Source: Massalongia carnosa (Eukaryota). From it: a stretch of 64,000 nt of DNA. A program made the position numbers and the translations under genes. How positions within the stretch are numbered: the first letter of the stretch is position 1; every line of letters begins with the position of its first letter. The stretch covers positions 310,001 through 374,000 of the forward strand of contig OZ287081.1 of the NCBI GenBank assembly GCA_965645245.1. The letters are read 5' to 3'. Shown piece after piece: positions 32,925 to 44,357 of this stretch. The notes beneath the pieces were generated by a model. The model was not told the DNA's origin. It was given only the letters and a program-made list of their open reading frames with translations, and ran no database searches.

Positions 32925-34262
32925 CAGTCCCATGTCAAAAGTTTCCGACTCTACCCGCGATTTTCTTGATTTCGCGTTTCAACCCCTCCAACCCATCAAC
33001 TTTGACCTCATCATTTCACCATGCCACGCACTACGTTGGCTTCAATTTCTGGTAATGAGCCTCGTAATACCGAATTGAATCAATTTCAAAGAGGAATGAT
33101 TATTGGAGCCCAGGCGTTGGGGCATGCACCGGCCGAAATTGCAAGACATTAAATGTGCCTCGAACCACCGTCATTTACACTCTTCAAAAGCACCCAGAAC
33201 GCAACAACGAAAAGTCCAAATCGCGATCGGGTCGGCCTGGAATATTTTCGGATCGCGATAGAAGACGTACCATCAAATTTGCACGAATCAATCCTCGCAT
33301 CACCTATGCGCAGCTGCGTACGGAGGCCGGGGTGCAATGCAGTCGATCCACTCTCTATCGGACGCTCAAAGACTACGGTCTAACAAACTGGCTGGCTAAA
33401 AAGCGGCCTTCATTGACGCCCGAGGTGGCAAAGAGGAGATTGGAATGGTGCTTGCTTCGGCGTGAGTGGACTTCTGAGCAATGGTCAAAAATTATATGGT
33501 CAGACGAGTGTTCGGTGGAAAAGGGGTCAGGAAAACAGCGTCAATGGATGTTCAGATTTCCGGAGGAAAAATGGAAAAAACCTATGATACAACCGTACGC
33601 CAAAGGCAAGGAGGTCAAGGTTATGGTATGGGGAGCTTTTTGGAGGAGAGAAAGGTCAGATCTTTACAAATTGGCCCGCGATTTCGAAGCAAAGAAGATG
33701 GGGTACTCCGCGAATTCATATTTGGAATTATTGAACGATAATCTGCTTGGAATTTGGGAACCGGGCCTCATTTTCATGCAGGATAATGCACTGATTCATA
33801 CTGCCAAAAAGGTGAAGAAATGGTTCGATGAAAACGGTATAACAATCATCGATTGGCCTCCTTATTCTCCTAATTTGAATCCCATCGAGCACGTTTGGTA
33901 TGTGCTCAAACAGCTCGTTTATCAAGTCAATCCGGACATCGATTCGGTGACTAGTAGTGATGATAAGGTCCACGAGGTACTTTGGAAAGCGTTGGAAGAA
34001 GCATGGGCCTTGATAGATGAGGAAATGTTGAGAAGTTTAATAGTGAGCATGGAAAGGAGGATTGAAGCTTGCATCCAATCGAAAGGATGGTATACGAAAT
34101 ATTAAAAATATATTTCTCAGCCCAAACTCGTTGCTAGAATATATGTAATCATCGTACGAAGTTTCAAGGCATCAAAATAAAAACTTGGTGGTTGATAATT
34201 CAAAGCAGTGGGGGGGGTAAAAAGTTGATGGGGGGCTGTCGGAAACTTTTGACCTAGTACTG
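32925..34262 (+). mobile_element. Tc1-like DD34E transposon
   Basis: TA TSD and 25-bp TIRs CAGT.....GTCAAAAGTTTCCGAC. Confidence 0.95.
33021..34105 (+). pseudogene. Tc1 transposase with a 1-nt frameshift near 33145
   Basis: WSDE, FMQDNA and SPNLNPIE (34 residues between D and E). The N-terminal HTH from ATG 33021 is out of frame with the rest. Confidence 0.85.
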
Positions 34263-34622
34263 TAGGAGTGTTGATCACCTAGTTTTTTTTGCGCCCGCAT
34301 TTTTAAAGTTCAAAGAGGTGTAGCCTACAAGCAGCAAGTCTGCCTAACTTTTCTCTTTTTTCCTTTCGAACCACCCCCAAATCCTTTCGACCTTCTCCCA
34401 GAGCCACGAACAGCGGTCAATAGAGCCTTCGTGATTGCCCTGCCAAATTTATGGATGATGGTTCATGGACAACCTTCCTCATGGCGGCACGAACGAAGGC
34501 TGTGTTGCGGCAAAAAGCGGCCCAAACACTTCCTCGGTGCTTAATTACCTCTAAACAGATCTTACTCTTTCTTTCTCTCACTATTTCTTCGTCCTCGTAG
34601 GGCCACGTCTGATCCGAAGACA

Positions 34623-35561
34623 ATGACGACAACTTTTCATCGCGCCCCTTGCTCGTTGCTTATTTCGATCGCTCTCGCCTTCGCTTTTATGCTCACTTTC
34701 CTTTTTACCTTCCCTCCTCGAACATGGCGTCATAATCCCGACGTGCGCAACAAACCTACGGAAACATCATCGAGCGCTTCATCCGCAGATAAAAAGGCTT
34801 ATGCCATCTTCCTCGCGGGTAATGATTCCCTCTATTTCCGTGCTACTCGTACCCTTTTATTTCAGCTGCTACACGACCCGGACACCCGCGATCCAAACAA
34901 TCGACCTGTGGTGATAATGACGAGTTCTACCGTGCCGCAAGAAACTAGAAAACAACTAGCGCGGGAAGGAGCTACGATCGCACCGGTGGAGGCAGTAAAA
35001 GGAATCAAGGGCGTTGGCGAAGACAACCGCTGGCGCGAGCTATATACCAAACTTCGTGTTTGGGAAATGGAGGAATATGAGCGCGTGCTCGTGCTGGATT
35101 CGGATCAGCTTCTCGTTAAGCCCATTCATGGGATCTGGGATGACCCGAATGCGATCAACAATAGCGGCCTTGCGGCGGTTTCCGATTGCGTGGTGGGACA
35201 TGATAGTCCTCCGGAGAACACAGACTACCTGAATGGTGGACTGATCATGGTAACCCCTTCCAAAGCGAGGTTTCAAGAACTTATTGCCACAAACTCCAGT
35301 CTATTTGACACCAATTATATGGAACAAGGCTTGTTGAACTGGGTTTATCGCCGGGATGGACCCATGCCGTGGGCTGCCCTGGACCATAAATGGACCACAA
35401 ACTGGCCTTCGCTCAAGGATATAACTGTAGGAAAGGTCCACGCGGTGCATGATAAGTTTTGGAGAGCTGATAACAAGGATTGGATCGATAGGGAGTTGGT
35501 AGAAATGTGGTGGCGTGCATGTGGCCGAATGGAGGGTTATTGGATGGCAAAAGAGTTCTAG
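34623..35561 (+). CDS. Glycosyltransferase family 8, type II membrane protein
   Basis: N-terminal TM anchor; YTKLRVWEMEEYERVLVLDSD (DxD), YLNGG, MEQGLLN and VHDKFW. Confidence 0.92.
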   Translation: MTTTFHRAPCSLLISIALAFAFMLTFLFTFPPRTWRHNPDVRNKPTETSSSASSADKKAYAIFLAGNDSLYFRATRTLLFQLLHDPDTRDPNNRPVVIMTSSTVPQETRKQLAREGATIAPVEAVKGIKGVGEDNRWRELYTKLRVWEMEEYERVLVLDSDQLLVKPIHGIWDDPNAINNSGLAAVSDCVVGHDSPPENTDYLNGGLIMVTPSKARFQELIATNSSLFDTNYMEQGLLNWVYRRDGPMPWAALDHKWTTNWPSLKDITVGKVHAVHDKFWRADNKDWIDRELVEMWWRACGRMEGYWMAKEF

Positions 35562-36674
35562 AGCCTAAACAGAATTTATTAAGAGTGCGAAATTCAATCC
35601 TACGATACCATTTCTCATGCTTGTTCTACCATCCGCCAGTTTCATCCATGGATTTCTCATTCTCGCTTCTTCTACCTACGAAAAATTATACAAGCCTAAA
35701 CTGAAGCTTTCGGAGCCCGACACGACTAGAAACGATCTCAAGATATCCGGTCCAGCCAGATAGTGGACCATGGAGAATGAATGTATCTAGAATGCTTGGT
35801 TCTCTTATATCACCCAAGAAGTTTGGAGGATTTCTATCATTATGGTTATGGCAATTCTTGTATTTTTTCTATTGACATTGGCCTAGCATTTCCATTACTT
35901 TGAGCCTTGGGTCTTCAATCATTAAATCCATTTCATTACGCAGCGCAAACCTAGTTTCTCTAAACGATCCCTCGAAGTCGTTCGCCTTCTTCTAATCAGG
36001 AATATGTTTTGGCACAGCCAGGGGAATCCCTCTGTTGTAGAGGAACATGAGGTTTCCTACGATCAAGGTTGATGAACCTCGTTATCTCTCACGAGATAGA
36101 CTTACGAGTCAAGTCCTTAAGGGATCAGGAGTTTGTGATATCTTATAGTATGATGTCTCCAAAATAATGAACTCCATGGGACCGCATAGCATCTAGGGAT
36201 TATTTGCGATTGGGTCCTACAATTTCGTGGTTCCGCCTTCATATTTACTTCTAATCTCACTGGAGCCTGATCACGTAACCTATTCCCATCCTTACTTTTC
36301 AGGATACCTGTCCTTTTTTTGTGGTGATCTACTCTATTCTCGTATAGGCTATGTTGCTTTCATAGTTCCTTGATCTCTCTATAGGGCGCAGCAGCTACGC
36401 CACTCCTGCGACTTAATCACAACTTGGGACTCCTAGAAAGTCATACGTAAACATAACGTTTTGAATTGGCGAACACCTTCACCCGCGGTAACGAACTATC
36501 TGTCCAAAAATATGAGAATGCCGCACGTTCCGCTCCCCTTGGATTAGTCATATTTAGGCATTGCATAATACGCGAAGCTTACCCCGTTAGGGTTAGAAGC
36601 AAAAGGCAGGAGCCAGAGCTACCGAGCCAAAGAACTATGTCAAGTACACGTAGATGCATTTCGATCATCTCATC

Positions 36675-37709
36675 ATGGCCGCTAATAGATCAATAGGACG
36701 TAATGTTCAGCTATACGATGCCAAAGATCGGGTAACACTACTCGGTGGTTTGATCCTGACCAACGGTGTGACCAAGTCCAATTTCTACTCGATGGTGGAA
36801 ATATTTCTACTATTTCAGTCCTCCTTTTTGATAGAATGCGAGACCTCTGCTACACTAGAGAGAAATGAAGAACCACTGCCTCACGGGGATTACTATGTCA
36901 TTGGTCCGCCTCTGACCCTGATCCTGGTGGGGCTATTGATTTATAGTCTATAGGGTCCTTCACCGTCAGCAATGAGCCCTTCCTTACCCGCACGATTTCA
37001 TTGTCCACAGGCAGTCGTCTTGGGTCATTCCGCGACGAAGTTCGGAGGCGAGATGGCAGATGTATCATCACAGGCAACGTAGCACTGGGTGCGTACCGTA
37101 ATCATTGGACGGGATTCGAGGCCGCACACGTCTTTCCTCTCGCCTATGAAGGTCACTGGGTCCAGCACAATTTTGCTCGTTGGGTTACTATTCCGGCTGC
37201 TAACGGAGAGACCATTAATTCAAAGCAAAACGGGCTATTGTTAAGAGCAGATGTTCATGGGCTCTTTGATAATTATGATATTTCAATCAATCCTGACGTA
37301 TGACCACACACGCCTTCTCGTAATTTCCAGCTACTAACAATCATAGGATAATTATAAAGTCGTTTGTTTTGTGGATGATGGAAATGACATCGCAGGCAAA
37401 TTTCTTGATGAGCAGTTTCGGAATGATCCCGATAGACCACCTGACGAACTTCTTCGTTGGCATTTTCGACAAGCTATATTTGCAAATATGAGGGGTGCTG
37501 GAGAGCCAATCTTCGAAATAGATTTTCCTCCTGGCTCGGATGTTCTGGGTGAGATACGTGGGGGCTCAAAGGCCGCGGAGCGAATGGAGTTTGAGTTGTT
37601 CAGCCGTTTCGCAGTAGGTACTACTATATTGGCTGGCATTATAGCAGTGAAGTTTCAAATACTAACCAAGAATGTGCCCCAGTTGCACACAGCCCCTCAG
37701 CAGCAATAA
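36675..37709 (+). CDS. HNH endonuclease-domain protein (HNH_2-like)
   Basis: RDGRCIITG, FEAAHVFP and INSKQNGLLLRADVHGLFD. Introns 36904-36953 and 37298-37346, and possibly 37614-37682. Confidence 0.85.
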
Positions 37710-38518
37710 GTGGGCTTCCATGATTGTTGCAGGAATTTTACACTAAAAAATATGTACGGAAAGACATTTAGGGTGATATGTTTCTGTGTTTCGGCCCATA
37801 ATATCTGCCTCCCGGAGTCTAGTGTATCTGCTAGCCATGACAAGTGTAGACTCTGTTCGCCATCAGAACAGCTGCGAACAACGAGAGAACGTCCTCGATG
37901 AAATACTTGCAGAAGCTGTCTCGTAAAGACTATCGCTGGGCTTCTCCTCTCGTATCTATTTCATTGACAGCATGCGCAATCAATGAAGATGTGCAAGGCT
38001 TTATTCGCGTGCGAAGAGATAAACGGGGGCCCACTACTCCCCAAGATCCAACATTCGCCTATACTCTGTCTGTGTACAAACCTTAAGCTTGTTGGGAACT
38101 TTATCACAATTGAGCTTGGTGTCAAGTATCGATGCATGACTATTCTTTATCGCGTTATCCACAAAGAAGAAAAAAAAGAGAGACAGATAGAGAGAGTCAG
38201 AGTCTCGAAGACAACAAACAGGGAAAACCCGATCAAAAGGGACGGAGAGTGAATTTGAGTGAAGGATGAGAAAGGGAAGGGATCATCGGTCACAAAGTCA
38301 GTTGACTAACTAGTAGGATGGAGGAGAAGGGTTAGGACATAGTATGGTGTAAAGAAGAAGAGGATTTGAGTAGAGGAGCAATATTTTACCTCTCATATTA
38401 CGGGGAAAGCTAAATAGTAACTCCATGTTAACCGTCGTTTAAGGCTAACTATGCGGGAAACAACGGCGGAAGAAATGCCCGTCCGTGCCCCTTCGGGGGC
38501 CAGGGGGAAGGGGGTAGA

Positions 38519-38697
38519 GTGGGAGCACGAGGGAGCATAGAGGGAGCAAGTCGACGAAGGAATCGCTAGAGGGGGAGCGAAGCTAGGATGCTATATAGGT
38601 TTTATACGCCCCGAGCTTAGGATTAGCGATTAACAGTCCATACCCTAGAAAGGGAGCATAGCCGCTTTAGAGGGAGCCCAAGGGAGCAGGAGGGAGT
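38519..38697 (+). repeat. Cluster of ~8 AGGGAGC-type motifs
   Basis: Two groups, ~38520-38580 and ~38650-38697. Confidence 0.7.
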
Positions 38698-38954
38698 CTA
38701 TAATCGTGGCACACCACGATGCGACGCATAGGCCCCCTTAGTGGCTACCACCCAATGTTGAACCTCATAGCTGCACACGCACACTTTATAATGAATCCAA
38801 CTCATTGGTAGAAGGATGAACACTATAAGCTATCTAAGTGTTGGCTATATACAGGAAGGGGAGGATGAGCAGTGCCAAAATCCAATGAGCTATCCTCAAA
38901 GAGTGGGTGATGCCTTCCACTTACATATGATAGGGGTGTATCCCCGCCTCCCCC

Positions 38955-39275
38955 TTGACCAGAGAACTGGTAGGTGCGACAGCTTCGGATCAAATGTTCC
39001 AACAATCTAAAAGAAACGGCAGGAGAACGGTCGCGCCCTCCTATGAAAAGACGTTCAGATGGGTATTGGACCCCATCTTCGGCAAAGAAATTCGGCAATT
39101 GGCTACGATAACACAACGGGGGGGGGGGGGGGAGGTTCGTGCCTAAGGCAAGTGCTGGTGGGACTGTACTACATAGTATGTACTCCACCAACATCATATC
39201 ATACCATACGACCCGACCTGACCTTGGCACTCTTTCCTACCGATGCACGAACAGGCAAAGAGCCGGATCCGCTGA
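38955..39275 (+). pseudogene. Possible NACHT/NLR N-terminal remnant
   Basis: Fragments YEKTFRWVLDP, FGNWLR, GLYYI and a broken GK-AGS in different frames resemble the pre-Walker A region of fungal NACHT proteins. Confidence 0.35.
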
Positions 39276-39844
39276 GTGGTGGTTAGTTCTCTATCTCATG
39301 GCTGTTGTTGTTATTGTTGTTCTTGGTCTGGTTATGGGACCAAGACGGTGGGGGGGTTGAAGGATATCTTTGTTTTTTTTGTTTTAGAAAAAAATTTGAG
39401 ATTGGGGGTTTTCGGCGCTGGGAGTACGAACAAGGGGATTTGGAGAAATGTAGGATCCGTCTAGGTTTGTGGTATGTAGGTGTCACGTAAAGTTTTTTTT
39501 TGGTTTTTTTCTTTGGACAAGACATGGAGGAGAGAGCGAGAAAGTTTGTGGAGGAGACCAAGGGTTTTCACCATTGTGGGTTGGGGGGGAGGGGGGAGAA
39601 TTGCATGCATGCAAAACGAAATGATTACTACAAGGTAATGTACAATGACTACGGGAGAGACAATCCCAAGAGCCGAAATGCAACGAATGTGCCCCCCCCC
39701 CCCCCCAAAGCTCAGGAATAAGCGATCCAGCTCCCACGCCGTCTCTCCCATCACCGCATCGTCGCGGCTCGGCGGGAAAAATCGCTAGATGCTTGCGACT
39801 CCCGCCCGGCCGCGAAACCCCACATAGAGGGTTTTGATTCCCCG

Positions 39845-40446
39845 TCAGCGGAGAATCCTGCGGATCGCTCGCCGTAAGGCGCCCGGAGGCTTGGGGGTGG
39901 GGGCTACCTTCAGCATCGAGACCAAGCGGCCGTCTGGATGGATGGTCATCGTCGCCGCCCTTTCTTCCACCCTGCCGTCATCCTCCATCAGGCAGTAGGC
40001 GAGCGGCGCCGGCTTACCGTTGGCTTTCATGCGGCCGAGGTTGAGGGCCAGAAGGGGTTGGCCCATGTTGATGCTTTTCCCGGGGGGGGCGAGATACGTG
40101 TAGTCTTCCTCCGTCGGTGCGTTGTTCTTGTTGCCGAGTCGAAGATAGAATGGGAACGTGGCGACCAGGGTGATTGTTATGAGGTTTAGGTCTGGCCGAA
40201 CTTGGTCCACTTTGCAGTTCAGCGGAGCCCTTAAGATCCCGTTGGGTATTTGGAGAGCGATGGCATCCATGCTGTATGGGAAGCGCCCAACAAAGTTCTG
40301 GACGTCTTGCACAAAGCTATTGAGGCTCTCCGAAGGAGCATGGCATCCCGCAACTTCTGTTTGGATTTCGTCAGCAGCTGCAACTGGGAGAGGAGGACTC
40401 AAGGCGAGGATATACCGATAGTTTTATTATCCGAAGCCTCTGCCAT
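39845..40446 (-). CDS. 180-aa protein resembling PTS EIIA(Glc) (duplicated hybrid motif), one intron 40357-40415
   Basis: A GTATAT...GCTGAC...ACAG intron links ATG 40446 to the ORF. Segments DAIAL..NGILRAPLNCKV, FYLRLG and PGKSINMGQPLLALNL parallel EIIA motifs. Confidence 0.65.
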
Positions 40447-41138
40447 GATGCCTTTTTTACGTGTTAAACTCTATGAGTTGAGGGGTAGGCTGTGTAATAT
40501 TTCCAAGAAATAAGTTATATATTGGATGATGGACGACGAATGGTGGGTATTTGGATAAAGAATTATAGACGTGAAGAGGGAGTTGCGAGTCTTCTTATGT
40601 CTTCTCGGCATTTTTTTGCCAGCTTGGATTTTTGCAGGTGAATATCAGATAGCAAAGGGAACTAAATCATGGAAAGATAGTGAAGATTTTTTGAACAAGG
40701 ATAGAAGGTTGACATAGAAGATTTCATCAAGAAACTGGGCAGCAGCCTCAGAGGGAATGTGAAAGTGGAGGATCTTGCGTGAATGACACGGAGGAGATAG
40801 AAGAGGTATCTCTGTTAAACGATACAAGGATGTTGGGGTGTATGAAGGGCGAAGGCAAAAAAAATATACATAGACATCAAAGGTCGTCAAGATATTGCAC
40901 AGTCCATTCTATAATTCAGGCCATCTTTAAGGGAAAACTCTAGAGCGCCCCTTCATAATAAAACACATAATGCTACATTTAAAAAGGCCATAACAATCTG
41001 CAGAAACTCCCATACAAGACACTGTATTGTTGTTCCACATTGGAGAAAAATCAGGCTTGCCGTAATGTTTAAACATCTCAATCGTAAAGGAACTCTCCAT
41101 CGACAAGATCACAACTGTTAAACGTAACGGAAATCCCC

Positions 41139-41939
41139 TCAGATCAAGGAGCGGTTACCACGACGCCAATTTTGGAGTTGATGGTCATAGTTTCTTCGCG
41201 ATTCCGTGTTGCAAAGTATGTCGGCTGCCCAGCCAACTTGCTTCGCCTCAACGTCAATTTGCAAGAGATCGGCTGTGGAAAGGCCTTCGGACCGTTTAAG
41301 CTTGTCGGGATGAGTTTCGACGCGCTTTCGCCTGGCTGCTCTTCCGATGGTTACAGGCGAGCTATTGGGTTCGACGCCTAGAATGGCGTAATGATCCGGC
41401 GGTTCTTCCTCCCACACAGAGATATGCCTCGTCGGTTCCTCGGTGGACTCGTCTGTGCCATACTCTTCTCTCCTGTTGTGCGGCTTCTGTTTGTCCTGGC
41501 CAAAGGTTGAGTTTTCCTTTCTCCTCTGGGAATTCTCATCCGCTGCACAATTTGATCCAAATTCCCCATGGAAGAAGAAATGGTGTTGCTGTCGATATGG
41601 GTCCTTGCTTGGGAGATTGCCGTCACAAAGGCCGCAATGACAGATGCCTACGCTAGGGTGTGCTATTTTCATATGAATCAACCGGGTTACAGGCTCGGTG
41701 AAGCATATCTCGTGATAAGAACAGGTCAGATAAGGATGAATCCTTTCCCAATGGAACAGACGTCCAGATGCCGAGTCAAATTCCGGTAAGTGGTAGCATA
41801 GGGTGCATGAAAAGTGGTCAGGGGCTGTCGTCAGGTGTCTTGCACGATCCGCGCTTGTTCGGAAGGTGATACTGCATTTGCCACACCAAAGACCAGCTGC
41901 TTCGGCATTAGCGGTCGCTTCTTCCGATGACTTTTCCAT
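41139..41939 (-). CDS. C2H2-like zinc fingers plus C-terminal J-domain
   Basis: CGKC..F......RH and further Cys/His clusters; DHYAILGV...HPDKL...R..YD. Confidence 0.8.
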   Translation of the reverse strand: MEKSSEEATANAEAAGLWCGKCSITFRTSADRARHLTTAPDHFSCTLCYHLPEFDSASGRLFHWERIHPYLTCSYHEICFTEPVTRLIHMKIAHPSVGICHCGLCDGNLPSKDPYRQQHHFFFHGEFGSNCAADENSQRRKENSTFGQDKQKPHNRREEYGTDESTEEPTRHISVWEEEPPDHYAILGVEPNSSPVTIGRAARRKRVETHPDKLKRSEGLSTADLLQIDVEAKQVGWAADILCNTESRRNYDHQLQNWRRGNRSLI

Positions 41940-42765
41940 CGGATGTTTGGTTCGATTGGCCGGTATACCTTACGAGGCCGTTGATGTGAATTCTGATGTG
42001 TACCAGTTCTCATGTATTTAGACGATGCCTTGTATCGCAAATCGAAGGTATATTTATATATATCATAGGTTTGGATATGTTGACTTACCTGTGTTGGACC
42101 ACAACGAAGCTGTTGTTCATAACAAAGGATTGGCTCTTTTGTTACTCGCTTTTCTTGATTGAACATTCTTGAACAAGAAACGTGCTCGGTGAGAATCGAA
42201 GACAGGAAAAGAAAATGGTCAACACATCTCCGTTCACCATCATTCATCATCACTTCAAAGGCGCATCTCTTTAAATTCACATATCAAGCAACACGGACCG
42301 TTGCAAAATCACAAAGGAAAATCAAGCTCACCAAGCCCCATCACTCGAGCGTCATCACCATCAGAAACAATTTTGCCGGCATCAATGACAGGAGCCATTT
42401 CCCACAACACAACGCATTCCCGAAACTCTCCAGGACGGTTTGCTAGGGGCCTATCTAAATCAGAGCGCCCATGTACCTAGCCCCGATACCTGATCATTTC
42501 TGATTCAGGTGTTCGGAACTCTTGCACGTTTATCCATCCGTAGAATCCGCAGATATCCAAGAACGTGAACTTTTCTAGTGACAAGTAGAGTAGATACACG
42601 ATGCGATGGGAAAAAGCTTGACGACTGACGAGACACATATGTGCCGACAACTCCAGCACTAAACAAGACGAGAGAAGGTACTCTGTACTATGGAAGACTT
42701 ATAGAGAACACAAGAGGCTAAACCGGCATTTCGTGTTATTTTTTTGTTAGAAAGAAGCAAATATC

Positions 42766-42813
42766 GCCAAGAACTGCCAAGAAATGCCAAGAAATGCCAA
42801 GAAATGCCAAGAA
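42766..42813 (+). repeat. 10-bp tandem repeat GCCAAGAAAT, ~5 copies
   Basis: Directly visible. Confidence 0.85.
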
Positions 42814-43628
42814 TATTCTTCATTCTTTTCGCTCCGATGAAGCTAACTAATAGCGGTTAGGTGCTCACGATCCATACTCGTATTCACCCTAATTTGTAAT
42901 ACGCTAATTAGTAAGCACCTTGTACCTTGTACCCGAGAATGGGCTAAAGAGTCGTATTCCCAATCCTCAAATACTATATGAGTCGTTTTGCCGTAGTAAA
43001 TTGTAGCGTGTTGCAAATGGGGTTGAATACGAGGAATTCCCGTGCGCCAGTGGCCCATCCCGTGGCCACCAGTTGCGTACGGAGTATTCACATCGGATAT
43101 AAACTAGGCGCTCGTACTCTGTACTCTATACTCTATACCCTATACCCATCATCCCACCATCCCTCATAGTTACGAGGTCGAATCTATGTCCTGTCTGAGA
43201 TGACCTCGACAAAATCGGTATCCCGTTTGCCCCCTCCCTAGCTCGGCGGAATCGAGACCTGACTTTGGACCCCAAAACTGTGACCAAAGCGTGACGACCG
43301 TGGCGCATGTATAGAGCATAATTAGCTTGAATTCTATAAGCTCATCGTGTCGACGGGGTAGTAGCGCTGACGCTGACAGAGCGAAAAGAGGTTGGGATCA
43401 TACCCCCGAGATACGAGCTCCGATGTTTCTCCACATCAAAGTGTTAGCTTCAGGAAACTCAGGGAACGGAATGGAGGGGAGGGGGGCACTGGAACTCAAA
43501 GATGGAGGATATATAAAAGGAGCTTTATATCCTCGGCTTCATCGCAAGAGCTCACCATTCTGCCTATCAATCACACTAGACTCACCACGAACTTTCGCGT
43601 GCAAGCAATTGAACCCGCCTCTCGCACC

Positions 43629-44357
43629 ATGAAGCTTCTTCATATCCTCCTTGTTGTGCTTCCCATAGCTCTCGCTGCCGACTCCTCGAACTCTCCAACC
43701 ACGGCTTGCAAGTGTGCGCTGGTCAAGTGTCCTGGAGACCAGCCAGCTGTACGTTTTTACTCCCTCCGTCTCCTCCTTCCCTCCTTCCCTCCCTCACCAG
43801 CTATTCCTTCTGGTCCCAGCTTCTCCACTTCCATCCAACCCACCAAGTCACCTTGATCACATAGCTAAACCCCGACAGCTCTGCAAATGCCAGAACGAGG
43901 CCGCCATCCGATGTGCCGAGCTCTGCGGCACGAAGCCACCCAAGCTTCAGGTAAGCCCTTCTTACATCCTCCCAACTCTCACCATCTAACCCTCACCTCC
44001 CTCTAGCATTGCCCCAAACCCAGCCCAACCACAACTTCCACCATCCCATTTCCCACCACCACCGTCTGCGGCAGTCGTGGCCTCCCCCCCTGCCCCGACG
44101 GCACCACGTGCGTCAACGACCCCACCAAGCCCGGCTGCGACATCGCGGCCGACTGCCCCGGTCTGTGCGTCAAGCTGGACGGGCCCTTTTGCGGTGGCAT
44201 CGCAAACATCCAGTGCCCGGACCCGGCGCAGCTCTGCTTCGACGATCCCAACGATGGCTGCGGCCCGCCGTTCGGCGCTGATTGTGGGGGCATCTGCGCG
44301 TATCCCGACGGTCGCTCGTCGGCCGTGGCAACGGCGGACGAACCGAGCGTGTCTTGA
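43629..44357 (+). CDS. Small secreted cysteine-rich protein, 3 exons
   Basis: Signal peptide MKLLHILLVVLPIALA; introns 43749-43878 and 43951-44006; two CG..G..C...C..DP..GC...ADC.G.C modules after a Pro/Thr linker. Confidence 0.88.

Noticed and set aside
42766..42813. Tandem repeats (also 32428-32495) as CRISPR-like arrays
   Set aside because: No unique spacers, units too short, and eukaryotic context.
42984..42997. Short match GTTTTGCCGTAGT to the sequence before the gypsy 3' LTR
   Set aside because: About 13 bp with no extension; compatible with chance.
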